Source of the DNA: Octopus sinensis
Taxonomy: Eukaryota
Direction: 5' to 3'
NCBI RefSeq assembly: GCF_006345805.1
Contig: NW_021835954.1
Location: 62,001 to 126,000 of the forward strand
Length of the DNA: 64,000 nt
Both the position numbers and the translations under genes were made by a program. Below the pieces are notes generated by a model. It was given only the letters and a program-made list of their open reading frames with translations. It was not told the DNA's origin and made no database searches. Of the stretch, positions 59,398 to 64,000 are shown one piece after another (position 1 is the first letter of the stretch; every line of letters begins with the position of its first letter).

Positions 59398-59945
59398 ATT
59401 GCATACACGAAGAAGATAGCCTCTGTGCAGCATATAAGCTACTGGGAAAGACTCAAGAGATTAAGACTCTATTCCTTAGAGCGTAGGCGAGAAAGATATG
59501 CCATAATATACATCTGGAAGATCCTAGAAGGACTTGACCCAAACTTTGGCATCGAGAGTTACACAAATGCCAGAACTGGGCGCCACTGCACAGTGCCAAG
59601 GACTCCAAATTTGCCATCAAGATGTAGGACAAGATTCTGTGATAGCCTGGGCTTCAGAGGCCCACAGCTCTTCAATATCCTCCCGAAGAACCTGAGAGAC
59701 CTGCATGGGGTAGATGCAGATGTCTTTAAAATAAAACTGGATCTCTTCTTGTCAGGTATCCCAGATGAACCAACTTCACGGCAGGAGGTGCGGATGAGGG
59801 CAGCTGCATCGAACTCTCTCATGCACCAAATGGCAATTGCTAAAAAGCATTCGTGAAGTAAAATCATGTAGCTACACCAAATGGCGGTGCCCCAGCATGG
59901 CCACAGCTCGTGAGCTGAAACTAGATAAAATAAAATAAAATAAAA
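59398..59945 (+). mobile_element. CR1-group LINE 3' end with 3' UTR related to the SINE B tail
   Basis: SYWERLKRLRLYSLERRRERY..GPQLFNILP..FKIKLDLFL..IPDEP; stop at 59856; tail GGCGGTGCCCCAGCATGGCCACAGCTCGTGAGCTGAAAC then (TAAAA)n. Confidence 0.85.
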
Positions 59946-60036
59946 ATGAAATCGAACCGGTGAGTGTGTTAATTAATAAGGTATTAAAACAGAATGACTT
60001 TCCCCAGACACAATAATATATATGTATATATATACG

Positions 60037-60295
60037 TAAATGTCGAACAACGAGAATGAGTACTCAACACTGCATTGGTAGATAAAATTTCTTTATTTGT
60101 GTATTAAGGCTACCATTGGTTTCATGTTAAGAAAAATATCTTAAAATCTTTTCAAACCAATCACATGTTCACCTCCCATCCAAAATGGAGATGAACACCA
60201 TTCCTACATGTGAGCGGCTTGAAGAATTGTTAAGATATTAAGATATTTTTCTTAACATGAAACCAATGGTAGCCTTAATACACAAATAAAGAAAT
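60037..60295. mobile_element. Fold-back Penelope-type repeat with a hammerhead remnant
   Basis: Arms about 60087-60165 and 60215-60295; tail AATAAAG..TCTACCA..GAGTACTC shared with the 6.6 kb element. Confidence 0.65.
60216..60274 (+). ncRNA. Hammerhead ribozyme candidate (C3U variant)
   Basis: GGC-UUGAAGA-AUUGUUAAGA...UCUUAACAU-GAA-ACC(AAU)GGU-A-GCC. Confidence 0.5.
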
Positions 60296-62339
60296 ATATA
60301 TATATATATAATCAAAATAAGCAACAAGGATATCCAAGGTAGTGTAGTACAATTGTTTCATGCTACAATATATATATGAAGTATAAGGAAAGGAAGAAAT
60401 TGTAGGTGTAGACGATTTTATACCACAATCATACCTTATAAATTGGCGTGTTATGCTTGAGTGTTTTCTGTTCACATTAACGATGAACAAAGATATAAAA
60501 CAGGGTCTTACGTTCAATATTATCTAACATCCCTGGGATTCTCAGTTGTTATTAAGTAAAAAAAAAAAGGGGTGGGGTATCTTTGTTTGAGCAAATTTAC
60601 TACATGAAGGAAGATGATTGAATTCTAAGAAACAACCCTTTTGACTAGCTGAAAGAACACATTAAAAGATGTGCTTTTATCATTCAATCAACATTCTAAT
60701 TGTGGCTTTAACGTCATTTTATGAAATATGCTCGTGTTAGAAAATATTGTTTGAAATTTGATTCCTCCAAAGAAGAGATATTTACAGATTAACAATTGTA
60801 CAAACTGAGTAAAAAAGAATAAATAATGGCCTGTAGATTTGTATCAACTGACAGCTGGGTGCTCTCACTCTGCACTCATTATCTGGCTGTAAAGCAGAAT
60901 AACGAAGATTATCTAAAAGCGAAAACAGAATAGTTTTGGTTTGCAGTGCCAAAATCAAATCAGAAATTAATAGTCATGAGTATTTGGAAGGGGTTCATCA
61001 TTTAAAGCCACTTTTCATACTGCTATACATGGACTGAATGGGACGCCACAGTCTGAATTTAGGGTTATTGCCATCTTTGATGGTTCAGAAGATCACATTT
61101 CACTTATAGGTTGCGTTTTTTTGTTGTTGTTGTTGCTTGGTTTCTATAGCCAAATGCCTTTCCTTACACCAGTATACCTTTGAAGGTATATTTTTATAGG
61201 CAGACAAGCACTAAAATGTTTCTCATTTCCTTGTCAAGACTACAGAATCCTCTCTTCGATGTCCCTGTTCACCAATAACTTCAATGAATGCACAGGTTGT
61301 ATTGTTTCGTGGTACAAGCACAAACAAAAAGAAATAGTCATTGATATTTTTAGACAAGTGTAAAAAAAAGTCGTTCAAATACACAATTTTTTATTTATTT
61401 ATTTTTCTATCGATTCAGATTGTTTGTTGCAATTGTAGTAGTCATGTTTGAGCTGTCATTATTTCCAATCACCTCCCGTCGAGATCGATATTGTACCAAA
61501 CAAACTCCCGTAACTTTCAAATCGTCCGCTAACATCAAATCGTACTTATTGTAACAAGTAACCGTTTACAAAAGCCACATTTTCGAATAGATTCGTTTCA
61601 TATTGTACAGGTTGATAGAATCTATGCTTGAATAACTCTATGAAACCCCGACTCAATTCTTCCGTCTATCATTTGTCGATGTAACCATTCACCCTTGCAT
61701 TTTCATTTTCACTTTGAGCATTTTCAAATCATATGACGAACCAACTTTGAAATGTTTGCTTTTGTTATTCTCGTTAAGTCAACACAAACAACTGACACAG
61801 CTGGGGAGGCAGTTTACCTTTTAATTCAATTTAAAGTTATTGAAATTGTGATGATGCAAGAATTCCCAAGATAGCAGAATCAGATATTTCGCAGACAGTA
61901 AAAACTTCTGTCGCTAGGTAACAATTGTTTCAATGTTTACATATTTTTTTCTCAGTTGTATTAAGCTTGTTTCCATCAATAAACCTCGCCCTTTGAGATG
62001 ATTTTGAAATATGATGTAATATTAAGTGCTTTCATAATATCTTCCCGGATGAAAAACAACTCACTATCGCTATCAATCGTTGGGTGAGTCCATTAACAGA
62101 ACTAAAAAGAAATTTCTGATGATTTATTTGCCAGGGGTGATATTGCTGATACTATTTAATAGAATTTATTTCTTTGTCAATTTTTTTCATATGTAACATT
62201 GGTTTTCAACAAATCTTTGCTGAAAACTCTATCATTAAGATGTCGTTTATCAACAACATGGCACGGTAGTGATTCGAACCCCAACCACAAAATATCCAGA
62301 GTATGAACCGCTACAGTTCCACGTGATTGATAATCCGAG

Positions 62340-63693
62340 CGTTCCAATGTGAACTTGGAGTAACAACGACGGATCCTTCAGGTCTTACATAGATAGGATT
62401 ATAGTTAATTCTAGAGATAAGTTTAGTTTTATCTGTCCACAATTTACCTATGTCTCCTATACGGATCACAAATTAGTGACGTGTAGGATGCATATAGATA
62501 AGTTACAAAGACAGGGATCTGGTTACTGGAAGTTGAACAAATCCCTTTTGGCTTGCGAAACTTATCGGAGTCAGATTAATTAGTAATGAGGGCAATAACC
62601 GGTGGTGGTGTGCCCTAAAACGAGCCTTAAAAATTGAGTCAATTAGATTTAGTAAACAGTTAAGTTTAGAACAGGCTAGAGTAGAAGGGAAGTTAGTTAA
62701 GGATTCAGAAAAGGCGCTTAGAGTGGGCTCTGCACCCCAAGTTTTGGCGGCGAGATCGGTCTTGGACCGACACCTCAATTCCAAACACGAAGGATGCAGG
62801 GTTCAGGCTAAAGTACGTGCATTGGGCCTCGAGGGTATCAACATTGCCGGGTGGGCTCGCTCGGTAGAAACCCAATGTGGCATTGAAGCTACGATAAGGT
62901 CTTTGGTCGATGAAAATGGACAGGAGATCCAAGACAGGAAGAGATGTGTAAGGTCTTTTACGAGCACCTCACCGCGTTGTTCGGGAGCGACGGGGCGCTG
63001 GACCATGAGAGTGCCCCGCGGGACTTCCTAGTCCGTGGCCCGCGTATCTCGGCGCGTGAGGCTGGGCACTATGAAGGGCTGATCACAGCCGCGGGGGTTA
63101 TAAAAGATGCTTTCCGAGTGCCCCGTGGACAATTCGCCGGGATTGGATGGTCTACTGTACAAATTCTATAAAAGTATGCCAGACTTGTTCGGGGACATAC
63201 TGGCCGGTGTATACGCGAATTGGCAGCAGAATGGGAGAATTCCCAAATCTATGAACCGGGGAGTAGTAACACTGATCAGGAAGGACCCGAACAAGGGGGA
63301 TAACATTAATTATTTCCGGCTCATAACCCTGCTAAACACAGAGTTAAAGATTTTGGCCAAGGTGCTAGCTAAGAGAGTGAGGCTTGTCGTGCGCGACCTG
63401 GTGGGAGAGTCGCAGACATGCGCTATCCCAGGAAGGACGATATGCGACAACCTTCACCTCATTCGCTACACCTTAGATCGGGTTAGTAAAGTTCCTAGCA
63501 AGGGTGGAGCACTAGTGAATTTGGACCAGACTAAGGCATTCGATATGGTTGACCATCGGTATCTGGCGACGGTCCTTCGGGCGGTCAGACTGGGCCCAAC
63601 TTTCCGTAGCTGGATCCAAACTATGTATAGCGATATCGAATCCGTTGTCCGGATGAACGGTTTCTTCTCGAAAGATCTGAATATCTTTCACCA
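62340..63693 (+). pseudogene. L1/Tx1-clade LINE ORF2 fragment (end of APE endonuclease, linker, RT N-half)
   Basis: SYIDRI..TDH; GSGYWKLNKSLL; SPGLDGL.YKFY; RLITLLNTELKILAKVLA; QTCAIPGRTICDN; LDQTKAFDMVDH; frameshifts present. Confidence 0.9.
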
Positions 63694-64000
63694 GTGAACG
63701 AAAAACTGCTACTCCTCCATCCCAGACTGGTCAACAGAAGAAGGCCAATCATTCTTCTTGACAATACTCGACCACATGTTTCACTAATGATGCTCCAGAA
63801 GTTGACAGAACTTGGCTACGAAGTTCTTCCCACCCAGCTTATGCCATAGACCTTTCTCCTACCGACTACCACTTTTTCAAGCACCTTGATGGTTTCCTGC
63901 GAGAGAAGGATTTCAAAATCAAATCGATGCTGAAAGTTCATTCAAAGGGTTCATCAGTTCCAGAACTCCAGATTCTTATGTTACTGGAATAAACAAACTT
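63694..64000 (+). pseudogene. Mariner transposase C-terminal remnant (runs off the window)
   Basis: IILLDNTRPHV..QKLTELGYEVLPHP.Y..DLSPTDYHFFKHL. Confidence 0.85.

Overview
AT-rich, repeat-saturated animal genomic DNA. The repeat landscape ((TA)n/(TATG)n/(ATC)n arrays, tRNA-derived SINEs, RTE/CR1/Penelope remnants) looks like a coleoid cephalopod, probably Octopus; this is inferred from recall of such families, not from a database search. Only one host coding exon is supportable: a minus-strand first exon (14287-13912) with signal peptide, CxxC, a helix-like segment, APDYMIRLY and AIRGY followed by a phase-1 GT donor, which fits a TGF-beta-superfamily prodomain. Downstream exons were not found in the window. 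The rest is mostly transposon debris: a 5'-truncated RTE LINE whose 3' UTR also occurs as about 13 SINE-like copies, three or four SINE families, CR1, Tx1/L1, R4-like and Penelope-like fragments, mariner/DD37D transposons, Helitron-like elements and an internally deleted gypsy element nested in a mariner. The most striking unannotated signal is a set of at least nine loci with minimal type-I hammerhead ribozyme cores (CUGANGA...GAAA...NUH, very short self-complementary helix III). One sits directly upstream of a Penelope ORF, and several others form fold-back palindromes embedded in (TA)n. All coordinates were read by eye and may be off by a few bases; clade names come from motif recall.
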